Virus record (IMG/VR): IMGVR_UViG_2675903202_000003
Coordinates: 22,985 to 86,984 of that record
Length of the DNA stretch: 64,000 bases
Source: an uncultured virus (IMG/VR IMGVR_UViG_2675903202_000003)
Lineage: Duplodnaviria > Heunggongvirae > Uroviricota > Caudoviricetes
Direction: 5' to 3' (one strand)
Shown here one piece after another: positions 8,149-18,200 of the stretch. The notes beneath the pieces were generated by a model. That model worked only from the letters and a program-made list of their open reading frames with translations, was not told the origin of the DNA and searched no databases. Within the stretch, counting starts at the first letter, position 1, and each line of letters opens with the position of its first letter. The position numbers and the translations under genes were made by a program.

Positions 8149-8712
8149 CTATTCCGCGGTCTCGGTGCAGATCGTGGCGGGCTGCGGTCCGGTGGCGGTC
8201 ACGACCGTGACCTCCTCGACCGTGTAGCCAGAGGGGCACGCCGGCCCCGGCGGGCCCGACGGACCTGCCGGTCCGGGCGAACCAGGATCGCCTTGCGGGC
8301 CTGCGGGCCCTTGCGAACCGGGAGCACCGTCCTGCCCGTCGGCGCCTGCCTGCCCTGGCGCCCCCGACGGACCAACCTCGCCCGGCGCGCCCTGCGGGCC
8401 CTGCTCCCCCGGATCGCCCGGTGTTCCGGGCTCCCCCGACGCACCGGCTTCTCCGGCCGCGCCGGCGGGACCCCGCTCACCGGGATTGCCCCGCTCGCCC
8501 GCTGCACCGGGTTCACCTTGTGGACCGGTCGGGCCAGGCTTCGGCGACTTGAGCGGAACACCGCCGAGCTGCTGCACCTGCTGCGAAAGCAGAGCATTGT
8601 CCTTCTGCAGGTCCCGGACCGACTGCCACGCCCACCACGCCAGAGCAACCACCGCGACCGTCAGCACGAAGACGCCGAGGTTGCGCCGCATACTCCGCAC
8701 CCGCTCAGCCAT
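8149..8712 (-). CDS. Membrane-anchored collagen-like protein (lysis cassette)
   Basis: N-terminal TM helix, 33 consecutive G-X-Y triplets, C-terminal CPSGY...C. Confidence 0.85.
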   Translation of the reverse strand: MAERVRSMRRNLGVFVLTVAVVALAWWAWQSVRDLQKDNALLSQQVQQLGGVPLKSPKPGPTGPQGEPGAAGERGNPGERGPAGAAGEAGASGEPGTPGDPGEQGPQGAPGEVGPSGAPGQAGADGQDGAPGSQGPAGPQGDPGSPGPAGPSGPPGPACPSGYTVEEVTVVTATGPQPATICTETAE

Positions 8713-9125
8713 TACTTACCCGTCCCGGCCTTGAGCTGCAGCAAGACCGTGGCCAGAAACAGCAGCACCGGGAAGAGCCCGGCATACACGGCCTGCCGCC
8801 AACTGACGCCGCGGTTGACCATCGCCGTCTTGATGTCCTGGACGTCCCGCTTCCGGTCCTCTTCTTCGTCCTCGTCGGCGCGTTCGCGGGCGATCCGCTC
8901 TGCTTCCAGAGCCGCCTGCCACGCCATCCGCGCAGACTCGTCCGCTGCCCGCCGGGCAGTCTTCTCTTCGGCGAGCGCCGCCCGCAGATCGGCGATGGTC
9001 CGCTCATGCTCGGTGCGGTCCCGCGTGTACAGGTCGGTGGACACGGCCCGCTGCGCGAGGTCTCGGAGGTTCTCCTCAAGCCGATCGAGACGCCAAGCAT
9101 TCGTCGCCCCATCAGGCATCGTCAC
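8712..9125 (-). CDS. Coiled-coil protein with C-terminal TM helix (lysis accessory)
   Basis: Charged helical region followed by [18 protein letters not shown]. Confidence 0.75.
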   Translation of the reverse strand: MTMPDGATNAWRLDRLEENLRDLAQRAVSTDLYTRDRTEHERTIADLRAALAEEKTARRAADESARMAWQAALEAERIARERADEDEEEDRKRDVQDIKTAMVNRGVSWRQAVYAGLFPVLLFLATVLLQLKAGTGK

Positions 9126-9151
9126 CGCCGTCCACCATCAGGAGTAGCCAG

Positions 9152-9445
9152 TCACAGGCCGCCGTTTCGGAACACCCGCGCGGTCACCCCGCCGAGACTC
9201 CCCCCGCGGTCCGCTTTGATGCCCGACAGCACCACATCAGCGGGCAGCGCCGCCGTCACCCACGCCTGATAGATCCGCAGCGTCCCCACACCACCGGCCG
9301 CGGCCGTCACCCACGCCTGGTAGATCCGCACCGTCAGCGGAGGTGGCGCGTCCACCGTCTGCCCGTACGCCTGATAGATCCGGACGGTCGGCCGTGGCAG
9401 CGCGGGGCCGGTCTCCACCCACGCCTGGTAGATGCGTGCTTCCAT
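9152..9445 (-). CDS. Small tail-associated protein with 4 RIYQA(W/Y) repeats
   Basis: Repeats spaced 51, 54 and 54 nt with synonymous variation; translationally coupled to the upstream tail gene. Confidence 0.75.
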   Translation of the reverse strand: MEARIYQAWVETGPALPRPTVRIYQAYGQTVDAPPPLTVRIYQAWVTAAAGGVGTLRIYQAWVTAALPADVVLSGIKADRGGSLGGVTARVFRNGGL

Positions 9446-10508
9446 CAGCCGCTCAGATCCGTCGCGACCCAGCGGATCCGCAGGTCCGACCAGGTGGTGA
9501 TCGCATCGAACTCCACCCCGGTGAGGGTGTGCGACACGGTCGTATTGTCGGCGGTTATCTCGTCCGTCCAGTGCGCGATCTGCGTGGCACCCTGCATGAG
9601 GTACGTGTCCACGGTGGCAGAGGCCGCACCGTCCCCGAGGCCCACCACGTACTTCACCTGGAACCCCGACTCCGACGGCGGTGCCGTCATCGTGGCCAGC
9701 AGCGCCTCGTAGACACCGCCCTCGATCGCGCGGACGTAGTCGGCCGTGTTGAGGATCGATTCGTCGATCGTGGTGTACAGGTCGACGGTGCCCAAGTTCT
9801 CGTCGGTCGTGTTCGTAGCGGTCACGTCATTGACGGGCCGCGCGGTCTGCGTCGCGACCTGCGGCTTCAGCGCGAACGTGAACATCGCCCGGCTGGACGG
9901 GATCGCGTCCGTCGTCCACGACTCGCCGCCGTAGCTTCCGCCCGTCGCCGCCGCCTTGGACGCGTGGGCCGTGGACGATCGACCGCCGCCCGTCGACGTG
10001 CTGCTGCCGCGGTCCGTCCAGCCCGTCGGCGCCGTGATCGCGCTGACCGAGGAATCCTTGAAACTCGCGGTAGTGACCACGACGGCGCCATCGGCGGTCG
10101 TCACGATCGACGGGGACGGGTGGGTCGTACCACTCACCGTGGTCGACGACGCGAAAACAGAGTCGCCGTCGAACGGCGCGGCCTCGTCGACCCCGGACCA
10201 CGCGTTGAAACGGCAGGTCTCCTTGACCTCGGTCTCGTCGGTTGTCCCCAGGTCCAACACGGTGTTCGCGTCGGCCCCGTCAGCGATCTTGTAGATCCCG
10301 GCGGCGCGGGACGTGCCCACGCTGTGCGGTCCAGGAGTGCCCGCCTCGGGGAGATACGCCCACCCCTCCGGCAGGAAAACCGCGAGGCCGACGCGACATG
10401 CCAGGTGATCACCATGAAGTCCCCCGACACGACCGTGCTGGGGATGGTGATGGTCAGGTCGCCGGTGACGTCGGACGCGCCCGCTCCTGCCCGGTGCTCG
10501 ATCGGCAT
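9445..10508 (-). CDS. Minor tail/fibre protein, 1-nt frameshift near 10381
   Basis: Thr/Ser/Gly-rich beta protein (TIPS.VVSGDF.V, W..L, YKIA, WSGVD...P, PSI.T); C-terminal ITTWSDLRIRW. Confidence 0.75.
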
Positions 10509-10520
10509 GATTCTCCCTGG

Positions 10521-11507
10521 TCAGAGACGGTACGAGGTGTACGGCGTGTAGTACTGCTGCGCGATCAGGCCCGAGCGGGTGCGGGTCTCGGCGTAGTACT
10601 GCGGGGTCTGCAGGACGCCCCCGACGGTGGACCCGAACCAGCACAGGAACGCCGCGCTCGAGTGCGGGCCGGCTCCGTGCGTTGCGGCGTAGTCCGCTTG
10701 GGTCTGCATCCATGCCGCGCCCGCGGCGCCGCTGGTGACGTCGGTGGTCAGTCCGGCCTCCGCGATCCCCCACGCGACGCCGTGGTCGTCGGCGAACTGG
10801 CGGCCCGTGCCCCACATGTATTCGCCGGTCTCGGAGCCCGTGAAGCTGTAGCCGTCGTAGGCGACACAGTCCACGTACGGGCGCCCGTCGGCGCCGTTGC
10901 CGGGCCACAACTCGTCGAGCGTGGCCCCGGGCTTGGGGCTGATATACGAGTAGGACCCGAAGATCAGACAGCCGTACAGGTTCGGTTTCGTGGCCTGCGC
11001 TTCCCTCACCAACGTGAAGAATTTCCGCCACGCCGCCTTGTACTGAGATGCGGTGTACGGCGCGCTTCCCTGCTTGATCTTGACGTCGGCCTCGTGCCAG
11101 ATGCTCACGAACGCGGTATGGCTGTCCGGGATGCCTGCCAGGAACGTCCTCGCGGCCGAGTCCAGAGCGCCGGATGCCATCTGGATCGGATCTGGTTTCC
11201 CTGACCACACGCTCGCCCACCGGCCCACGTCCACGCCGCTCCGGGACGCGGTGAACCCACCGGACGCGAACCCGCCGGAGTCGAAACCGCGGCGGCACGT
11301 CCACGGCCCCATCGTCGAGTTCGCTTCCTGGTACGCGGTGAGGTTCGGCGGATCGATCGCCGCTCCCACCAGCAGCCCGGTTCCCGTCCCCGGCGTCCCA
11401 CCCCCGCCGCCCTGCCCCGTGTCAGGGTCCGGGGGGATGATCGGCGCGCCACCGTCGTACGGCTCCAACCGGGCCCGCCGCAGCGCATACGCGCGCACCA
11501 ACGGCAT
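10521..11507 (-). CDS. Tail-associated glycoside hydrolase (GH26/clan GH-A-like)
   Basis: WHEAD acid/base, LWPG...VDCVAYDGY, WGIAEAG nucleophile; located in the tail-tip cluster. Confidence 0.7.
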   Translation of the reverse strand: MPLVRAYALRRARLEPYDGGAPIIPPDPDTGQGGGGGTPGTGTGLLVGAAIDPPNLTAYQEANSTMGPWTCRRGFDSGGFASGGFTASRSGVDVGRWASVWSGKPDPIQMASGALDSAARTFLAGIPDSHTAFVSIWHEADVKIKQGSAPYTASQYKAAWRKFFTLVREAQATKPNLYGCLIFGSYSYISPKPGATLDELWPGNGADGRPYVDCVAYDGYSFTGSETGEYMWGTGRQFADDHGVAWGIAEAGLTTDVTSGAAGAAWMQTQADYAATHGAGPHSSAAFLCWFGSTVGGVLQTPQYYAETRTRSGLIAQQYYTPYTSYRL

Positions 11508-12070
11508 CAGGAAGTCCACCCGAAGAACTGATCGTTCGTCTGCATGTACCCCGCGGGCGGCGGGGACGCGTTCGGGCCGTGCCAGTACACGGGCCGGGTC
11601 CCTGCGACCGCCGGACGCGTCGGCCACGTCGACGCCACCTCGTCGTACACGACCGCGAGCACGATGTTGGCGGTCAGCGCGTCCAGGTTCGTGACCATGT
11701 TCTCGAGGTTGTCGATCTGCGCCTGCTGGGTCGTCACGACCGCACCGAGGTCACTCGACAGCATCCGATACCGGACGCCGCCGCCAGCATCAGCCCACAG
11801 CTGCGCGATGCCGTCAGGCCCTTGGAACTGGGGGATCGTGCCGGTCGGTAGCGTCCCCGACCCGTCCGCCGACGTCACCTCCGTGATCGGGGACCCCGAC
11901 GCGTCCAGCAGATCGGTGTGCTGCACGCCGCCGGTCTCCGCCGACCACATCGTGACCGTCATCGGTCCGGCTGCCTGGACAGGCGCGTACGTGACGCCGC
12001 TCTCCACGATCCCGGTGCCCAGCACCATCGTCCAGTCCGTCGGGGACTGACCGAACCAGTAGCGCGCCAT
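11507..12070 (-). CDS. Minor tail protein
   Basis: MARYWFG, TMWSAETGG.Q.TDLLD, G.IPQFQGPDG...LWADAGGG.R pattern of actinophage tail proteins. Confidence 0.8.
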   Translation of the reverse strand: MARYWFGQSPTDWTMVLGTGIVESGVTYAPVQAAGPMTVTMWSAETGGVQHTDLLDASGSPITEVTSADGSGTLPTGTIPQFQGPDGIAQLWADAGGGVRYRMLSSDLGAVVTTQQAQIDNLENMVTNLDALTANIVLAVVYDEVASTWPTRPAVAGTRPVYWHGPNASPPPAGYMQTNDQFFGWTS

Positions 12071-12078
12071 CAGAGCTC

Positions 12079-13017
12079 CTAGATGAAGTAGTTGGCGCCG
12101 GCGATGATGGTCCGCCCGGCCGGGAGGTTCGTCTCGAGCGGGAAAATGCGGACGGAGCCGTCCGGCTCGACCCGCACCACCACCGGGCTGCGGGAGTGGT
12201 AGCCGAACCCGACCTCCCACACCTCCGGGCGGTACAGGCTCGGGAGGATGAACGGCACCGATCCGTTCGCGTCGTCCAGGCCCAGCCCGTAGTCGTCCCA
12301 GCGGCGGATCGCCAGCCGCAGATGCACCTGCCGGTCCCGGAGCCGCACCCGCGAGACGACGTTGTTCGTCCAGGAGTTCGCGTTCGGCCCGGCCGTGGCT
12401 CCGCTCAGCTGCAGGTTGATCCAGCCGGTGTCTTCCGACAGGACCCGCCACGACGTCCCGTCGGCCCACAGCACGGAACCGGTGGTCCGGTCGAACCCGA
12501 CCCGCCGCAGGCTCGGCGACGGCCGCGCCCACGAGTTGAACTCCACCGGGGGCGCCGCGGCGATCACACGCTCATCCGCGAACCCGCTCAGCTGCCCGTT
12601 CGCTGCGGACGTCCACCTCGAGATCGGGATCTCGTAGATCCCGTCGGTCGTCTGCGTCAGCGCCGGCGGCTGCGGTGACGTGCCCGGTGTGCCGGTCAGG
12701 ACCGCGGCCGTGACCCACCCGGCGGCCGTGGCCGAGTCGCGATCGAGGCGAAGCACCAGCCGGTCGACGCGGTCCTGCGCTGACGGCGCGGGGATCGCCA
12801 CGGCCGTGTCCGAGGCGCCCTCGGTGCGGAACCCGCGGATCAGCGCCGCCCCGGTCACCATCGCCGCGGTGCGGGCACCGAAATTCAAGTAGGGGGCGAA
12901 CTCCCCCCGCACCCCAGCGACCACACCATCCGTGGCGAAACTCGAGACGAACGCCTCCCACTGCGCGGTCGTCTCCAGCTGCGTCGCACCCGTGGGGTAG
13001 GCGTCGTCCAGCGCCAT
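12079..13017 (-). CDS. Minor tail protein
   Basis: G.A.IRG, RVDRLVLRLD, P.PPALTQT..GIYEIPI; C-terminal DTGW..L domain. Confidence 0.8.
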   Translation of the reverse strand: MALDDAYPTGATQLETTAQWEAFVSSFATDGVVAGVRGEFAPYLNFGARTAAMVTGAALIRGFRTEGASDTAVAIPAPSAQDRVDRLVLRLDRDSATAAGWVTAAVLTGTPGTSPQPPALTQTTDGIYEIPISRWTSAANGQLSGFADERVIAAAPPVEFNSWARPSPSLRRVGFDRTTGSVLWADGTSWRVLSEDTGWINLQLSGATAGPNANSWTNNVVSRVRLRDRQVHLRLAIRRWDDYGLGLDDANGSVPFILPSLYRPEVWEVGFGYHSRSPVVVRVEPDGSVRIFPLETNLPAGRTIIAGANYFI

Positions 13018-13055
13018 ACGGCACCTCCAAGAAAGGGTCGAAGAGCAAGAGGCGC

Positions 13056-14291
13056 TCAGGGCGCGACAGAACCGCGCAGAGCCTTCTCCACCGCACGCAG
13101 CCGCGCCGCGAGCTTCGCGCTGATCGTCCGATCGGAGTCCCCCGACGCGGTACCGATCGTGGGCGTCACCGTCTCGGTGTAGGTGTCGCCGCTGCTGTCC
13201 GCGACGAGCTGCACTTTGGACACGACGTCGGAGTAGGTGACCCCGTCACGCAGGTCGAGGGTGACGATGTCCCCGACCCGATACCCCTGGATGCCGTCGC
13301 CGTCGGCACCGAACCGCAGCCGCGGGAGGTCCACGACCGTCACCTCGATCGCGACCGTGCCCGCACCGGCGGCGACCGCCTCGTTCGTCGCGGTCGTCAC
13401 GTCGGCGGCCGTGTCGGTGGACGACTGGTCGGTGAACTGCTCGACGCGCCGCCACGGGCTCGTCGCACCGGCCCCAGCGGCTTCGGTGAACGTCGCCCCG
13501 GCGACCTTCGACTGCACCAGCACCGCGTTCCCCGTTGGCGCCGACACCGTCAGCGTCGACTCGGGTAGGTTTCCGAGCTCGGTGGAGAACACGGCCTTCT
13601 CGCTGAGGTCACGGGGCACGTAGCAGTCGAACACCAGCGCTCCGGCCCCGAGGGTGACCTCCACCCCCATCGGAGACTGTTCGTCCACCGCACGGACCAT
13701 GTCCATCAGGGACTGCTGAACGGTTGCGTTCTCCGTCCCCGATTCTGCGTCCGGCGCCGGAGTAGCGACCTTGTACGAGGCCGTTCCGCCGCGGGCCTGA
13801 TCCGTGGCGATGGTGAACAGCGGCACCCGCCGGTCCGTATCGCCAGCGGTCACCAGGTTCACGTACACGAGCGTTTTGATGACCGTCTCGGCGGCCCACG
13901 GCCCGAACGTCGTAGACCCGACGGTCTGCGCGGTCCACGCGAGCGAGGCGTCCCGAAAAGCGATTCGGTTCGCCAGCAGACTGAGGAAGTCCGAGCCCGT
14001 GAGCGTGAGTGTCTCCACGATCCGGCCATCGCTGAGGGAGCGCTTGAATGACCAGTCCTCGATCAGCAGCGGCACAACGAAGACGTCGTTCCACGTCATG
14101 ACCAGGCCGAACGGTTCCAGCCCCCCGTTGACGTCTAGTTGGATCAGCTCCCAGTTGCGGGCGTTCGCGGGCATCTCCACGACAGCGGAGCCGACCTCGT
14201 TGTGCGTGAGGGTCACGTCGATCTTGTCGAACACGACCGGCCGACCGCGCTTCAACGTCGCCAGGTCGAGCGGCTCGAGCAGGACCGGCAT
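13056..14291 (-). CDS. Baseplate hub/Gp37-like minor tail protein
   Basis: Position after Dit; N.VG, AETVIK..V..N, RRVEQF.D, Y.VGD.VT motifs. Confidence 0.8.
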   Translation of the reverse strand: MPVLLEPLDLATLKRGRPVVFDKIDVTLTHNEVGSAVVEMPANARNWELIQLDVNGGLEPFGLVMTWNDVFVVPLLIEDWSFKRSLSDGRIVETLTLTGSDFLSLLANRIAFRDASLAWTAQTVGSTTFGPWAAETVIKTLVYVNLVTAGDTDRRVPLFTIATDQARGGTASYKVATPAPDAESGTENATVQQSLMDMVRAVDEQSPMGVEVTLGAGALVFDCYVPRDLSEKAVFSTELGNLPESTLTVSAPTGNAVLVQSKVAGATFTEAAGAGATSPWRRVEQFTDQSSTDTAADVTTATNEAVAAGAGTVAIEVTVVDLPRLRFGADGDGIQGYRVGDIVTLDLRDGVTYSDVVSKVQLVADSSGDTYTETVTPTIGTASGDSDRTISAKLAARLRAVEKALRGSVAP

Positions 14292-14292
14292 G

Positions 14293-15240
14293 TCAGGCCC
14301 TAAGCCAGCGGCGGTGATACACCATCTCGATCTTCGACCCCTCGACCGCGTCCGCGATCTCCAAGTTCAGGTCGTTCTTCCCCGGCACGAGCGTCCACAG
14401 GTCCCGCGGGGACGTCTTCACGAGGTCACCCCACCGGTCCGCGCCGACCCCGTCGACCGCGGACTGCCGTGCAGGACGCGTGTCGACCGTGACCACCTCA
14501 CCGATCCCCAACGTCGCGAAGGAGAACTCACGCCCAGTCGTGAGGTTCGACAGGGTCGGGGTACCGGGGCCCTGGATCGTCCAAATCGGGTACGCGTCCC
14601 CGTTCCCGCTGTTGACGATGGTCGTCTCCCCCAGCGTGTTCGAAGGCGTCAGAACCACGGGCAGCAGCGGCGGAACACCGCCCACGTCCGGGGGCGCCTC
14701 GAACACCAGCGGCCCGATCGGATCAGCGTCGGAGAACATGGCGTCGAGACCAGACTCGAACGTCAACACCAACCCGGTATCCCGCTGATAGGCGTCGCGG
14801 GATTCGTCGGTCTGCTCGATGCCCGACGTGCAGAACACCTCGATCTGGCGAGATCTGCCGTTCGGGCGGGCGAGGACGATACGGCCCGGCGCCGGGATCC
14901 CCGCTCGTTCGGTCCACAACGCGAACGTGAGCTGGTCCAGCAGGTCCAGTAGCCCGGACTGGGATGCGTCGTCGTACACGTGCAGCCCCACGATGATCGA
15001 CCGCTTCGCCGCCCCGTAGGACTGCGGGAGGCTCGCCCCACTGGGCAGCGCCGTGTCGGTGTACGCGGTCGGGGGCCCGCCGATACCGGTGACGGACAGG
15101 ACTCTGCATCGTGAGTCCGGCGCCGACCACGGCCACTCTCCCCCGTCCGGGTCGATGTAGGTGACGGTGAGCGGCTGCCTGTCCACCCCGGACGGTGGAG
15201 TGACTGGTCCTGATGTGCCCGGACGGCCGAGGAGTGGCAC
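14293..15240 (-). CDS. Distal tail (Dit-like) protein
   Basis: Follows tape measure; N.G...AYPIW.I.GP, W.L.PG.N motifs. Confidence 0.8.
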   Translation of the reverse strand: MPLLGRPGTSGPVTPPSGVDRQPLTVTYIDPDGGEWPWSAPDSRCRVLSVTGIGGPPTAYTDTALPSGASLPQSYGAAKRSIIVGLHVYDDASQSGLLDLLDQLTFALWTERAGIPAPGRIVLARPNGRSRQIEVFCTSGIEQTDESRDAYQRDTGLVLTFESGLDAMFSDADPIGPLVFEAPPDVGGVPPLLPVVLTPSNTLGETTIVNSGNGDAYPIWTIQGPGTPTLSNLTTGREFSFATLGIGEVVTVDTRPARQSAVDGVGADRWGDLVKTSPRDLWTLVPGKNDLNLEIADAVEGSKIEMVYHRRWLRA

Positions 15241-15242
15241 AT

Positions 15243-18200
15243 CTACCTCCGTCTACCGGTGCGGTCCCGCTGAGCCTGCGCGACTTGCATCGCTGTGAAC
15301 GCCGTCCGGATCTGCGACTCGTACGCGGACTTGGTCATGCCGTCCAGGTGCGCGTGGTAATGCGTGCCGCCATCGCCGCCGGCGGCGGCATCGGACATCC
15401 GCGCCCACTGTGCGTCGGTGAGGACCGGCTCGGGCGAGCCGGTGCCGTTGTAGACCATCGACACGCCGGTCGGGAGCCACCCGCCGGAATCGAACGTCTG
15501 CATCCCCGTGAGCCCCCGGAGGATTTGCGTCCCGGGGTGGGTGGTGGACGGCCGGTTCTCCTGCCGGTCCTGGTTCAGCAGCCCGCGGATGTCGACGATG
15601 CCGCCGGTCGCGAACGCCGGTCGGCGGATCGAGCTCGCGGAGCTGATGTACCCGGACTGGCGGCGGACGGAGTTGGACTCATTACCGCCGACGGTGACGA
15701 GGCCCTTGCCGGTGTAGATGTTGATGTGGCCGCTGTCGCCCCGATAGAGCGCGAGGTCGCCGGGCTTCTTAGCCGACGGAGACACCTTCGGCAGGGTCGT
15801 GTACGACGACACCAGCGGCGGCCACGACACCTTGCTGAGCGCCTTCTTCGCGCCGGCTTCCTTGAACACCTCACCGACGAACATGCCGCACCAGGGCAAC
15901 CCATTGAGTCCCCACGCCTGCGTGAACCGGTTCGGGTTACCGCTCAGTCCGACGTACTTTTCGGCGGTGGAGACGACCTTCTTCCCGTCGCCGCCGATCT
16001 TCGCTTCGAGCGGCCCGAAGAACGCCATGATCTTGCTGATGAGCGCTCGCGGGATCGCCGCGGCGAGCCGGCCGAAGGCGGTGTCGCCCAGCGTCCGGTC
16101 CGCGAGTTCGAGCAGCGGCTTGAACACTCGGGACGCGGACTTCTTCAGCCCGTCGGCGAAGAACCCCTTCGCGGCGGACTTGAACTTGTCGACCACGCCG
16201 CCGAGGAAGAAGTTCCCGCCGAACATGCCGGACATGAACTTCGACACCCCACCGACGCCGCCCGTGCGGGCCGCAGTGTTGGCGGCGTCAACGAACCCGG
16301 GGCCGACCGCGCGGGTCCACTCGGGCCGCATGATGGCCTCACCACCGGACACGCCGATGAAGCCGATGTCGCGGCCGGGCGTGTAGCCGGGGTAGACGCC
16401 ACCTTCGGCAAACCCACGAATCGGCTCGAGCTTCTTCACGCCCGGCACCAGGTTCGCAACCGCGTTCCAGACGCCCACGATGCCCTTGTTGAACACCGTG
16501 TTCACCACGAAGGACACCGGCTTCTTGGCGACGGACTTCAGCTTGTCCCACGCCTTGCCGATCGCGTCGACGGCGACACGGAACGCGCCGCCGAGCTTCC
16601 CAACGGCGGAACGGATCGCGTCGAACGCCTTCTTGATGACGTTTTCCCAGACCCACTTGATCGCGGATCCGACCGCGTTCCACACCGGCCGGATGATCGT
16701 GTTGTAGATCCATTTGAAGACCGGCCCGAGGGTGTCGCGCAGGAATCCCCAGATCGCCTTCAGGACGGGCTTGATGACGTTGTTCCAGGTGGCCTTCAGG
16801 AACCCGCCGATCGCGGAGAACACCGGCCGGATGACCGACCGCCACAGCCACTGCGCGACCGTCGCCCAGACTTTGAACTGGACCATGATCGGGCCGATCA
16901 CGGCCACGACGATGATCGAGTACAGCCACTTCGCCAGGTTCGCGATGAACCGGAACGCGGGCTTGATCGCGTTGTTCCACAGCCACATTGCGACGGTGCC
17001 GAGCCCTCGGATGACCCAGCCGATGCCCTGGATGATCGGGGTGAGGATGCCCGCGACCCACTGCACCACGTTCACCATCAGCCGTAGCACCGGCAGCAGC
17101 AGCGACGCGATCGTCTGCCAGTACCGCACCACAATGCTGATCGCGAGGCGCAGCACCGGCACCAACGCCGTGATCAGCACCGCGGCGAGCTGCACCAGCG
17201 TCGGAACCAGCGGCAGGATCGTGGTGAGCAACTCGGCAAAGATCGGTAGGAGCGGGATCAGTGCGGGCAGCAGACCGGCGACGGCAATGAGGGCCTGCTG
17301 CAGTGCCGGGAGGCTCTGCCGGAGCGCCTCAATGAACGCTCCGGCGATCTCCGCCGCCACCGCCGCGATCGCGTTGACGATCGGCGTCAGGATCGGCATG
17401 AGTCCCTGGATCAGCTCGGCTATGAACTGGCCGAGGACCGGAAGGAGCGGCGCGAGGGCGAGGAGGATCCGGCCGACCGCCTGAACCAGCAGCCCCACGA
17501 CCGGCACCAGCGCCGCGATCGCCGGCTGTAGCCCGGACAGTAGCGCCGAAATCACGGGGGCCAGCGCGGTGATCACCGAGCTGAGGACCGGCACCAGGGA
17601 GATCAGGATCGGCTGCAGCCCCTGGATGAGCTGCACCAGCAGCGGCGCGAGCGCGTTGACGAGCTGCACCACGACGGGAGCGAGCGCGGACAGCACCGCC
17701 GACAGCGCCGGCCCCAGCGCGGCGAACACCGACTGGATCGCGGGCGCCACCGCCCGCAGCACGCCAGCCAGCGTCGACGCGAGAGTCCGCACGAACTGCA
17801 GCACCGGCTGCATCGCGGGCGCGAGCGCAGCGAACAGCGACCCGACCAGCGACCCGACCGCCGACAACGTGTCGGCGATCAGCGGCACCGCAGCGATGAA
17901 CTGGTTGACGAACTGCTGGAACGCCGGGTTGCTGACGAGCCCGGTCGCGAACGCCGCGAACCGTTCGGCGACCACGTTGAGGACCTGCAAGAACGCCATG
18001 CCAATCGGCATGAACCCCTGCGCGATCCCGGCGAACGCCGTCAGGACGCTGCCGACCAGCGTGCCCAACTGCAGGATCGCGGGCCCGGCTGCCTGCCCCA
18101 TGAACTGGGCGAACTGCTGCCAGAACGGCGACTGCGCCGCCGCCGAAGCACGGTCCAACAGTTGACCGACGGCCCCTGCCGCCCCCCGAACCAGCGGCGT

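Noticed and set aside
8240-8540. Tandem DNA repeats
   Set aside because: Explained by collagen G-X-Y coding.
9253-9436. Mini-CRISPR-like repeat-spacer pattern
   Set aside because: Periods of 51, 54 and 54 nt are multiples of 3, the variation is synonymous, it lies in a coupled ORF, and no cas genes are present.
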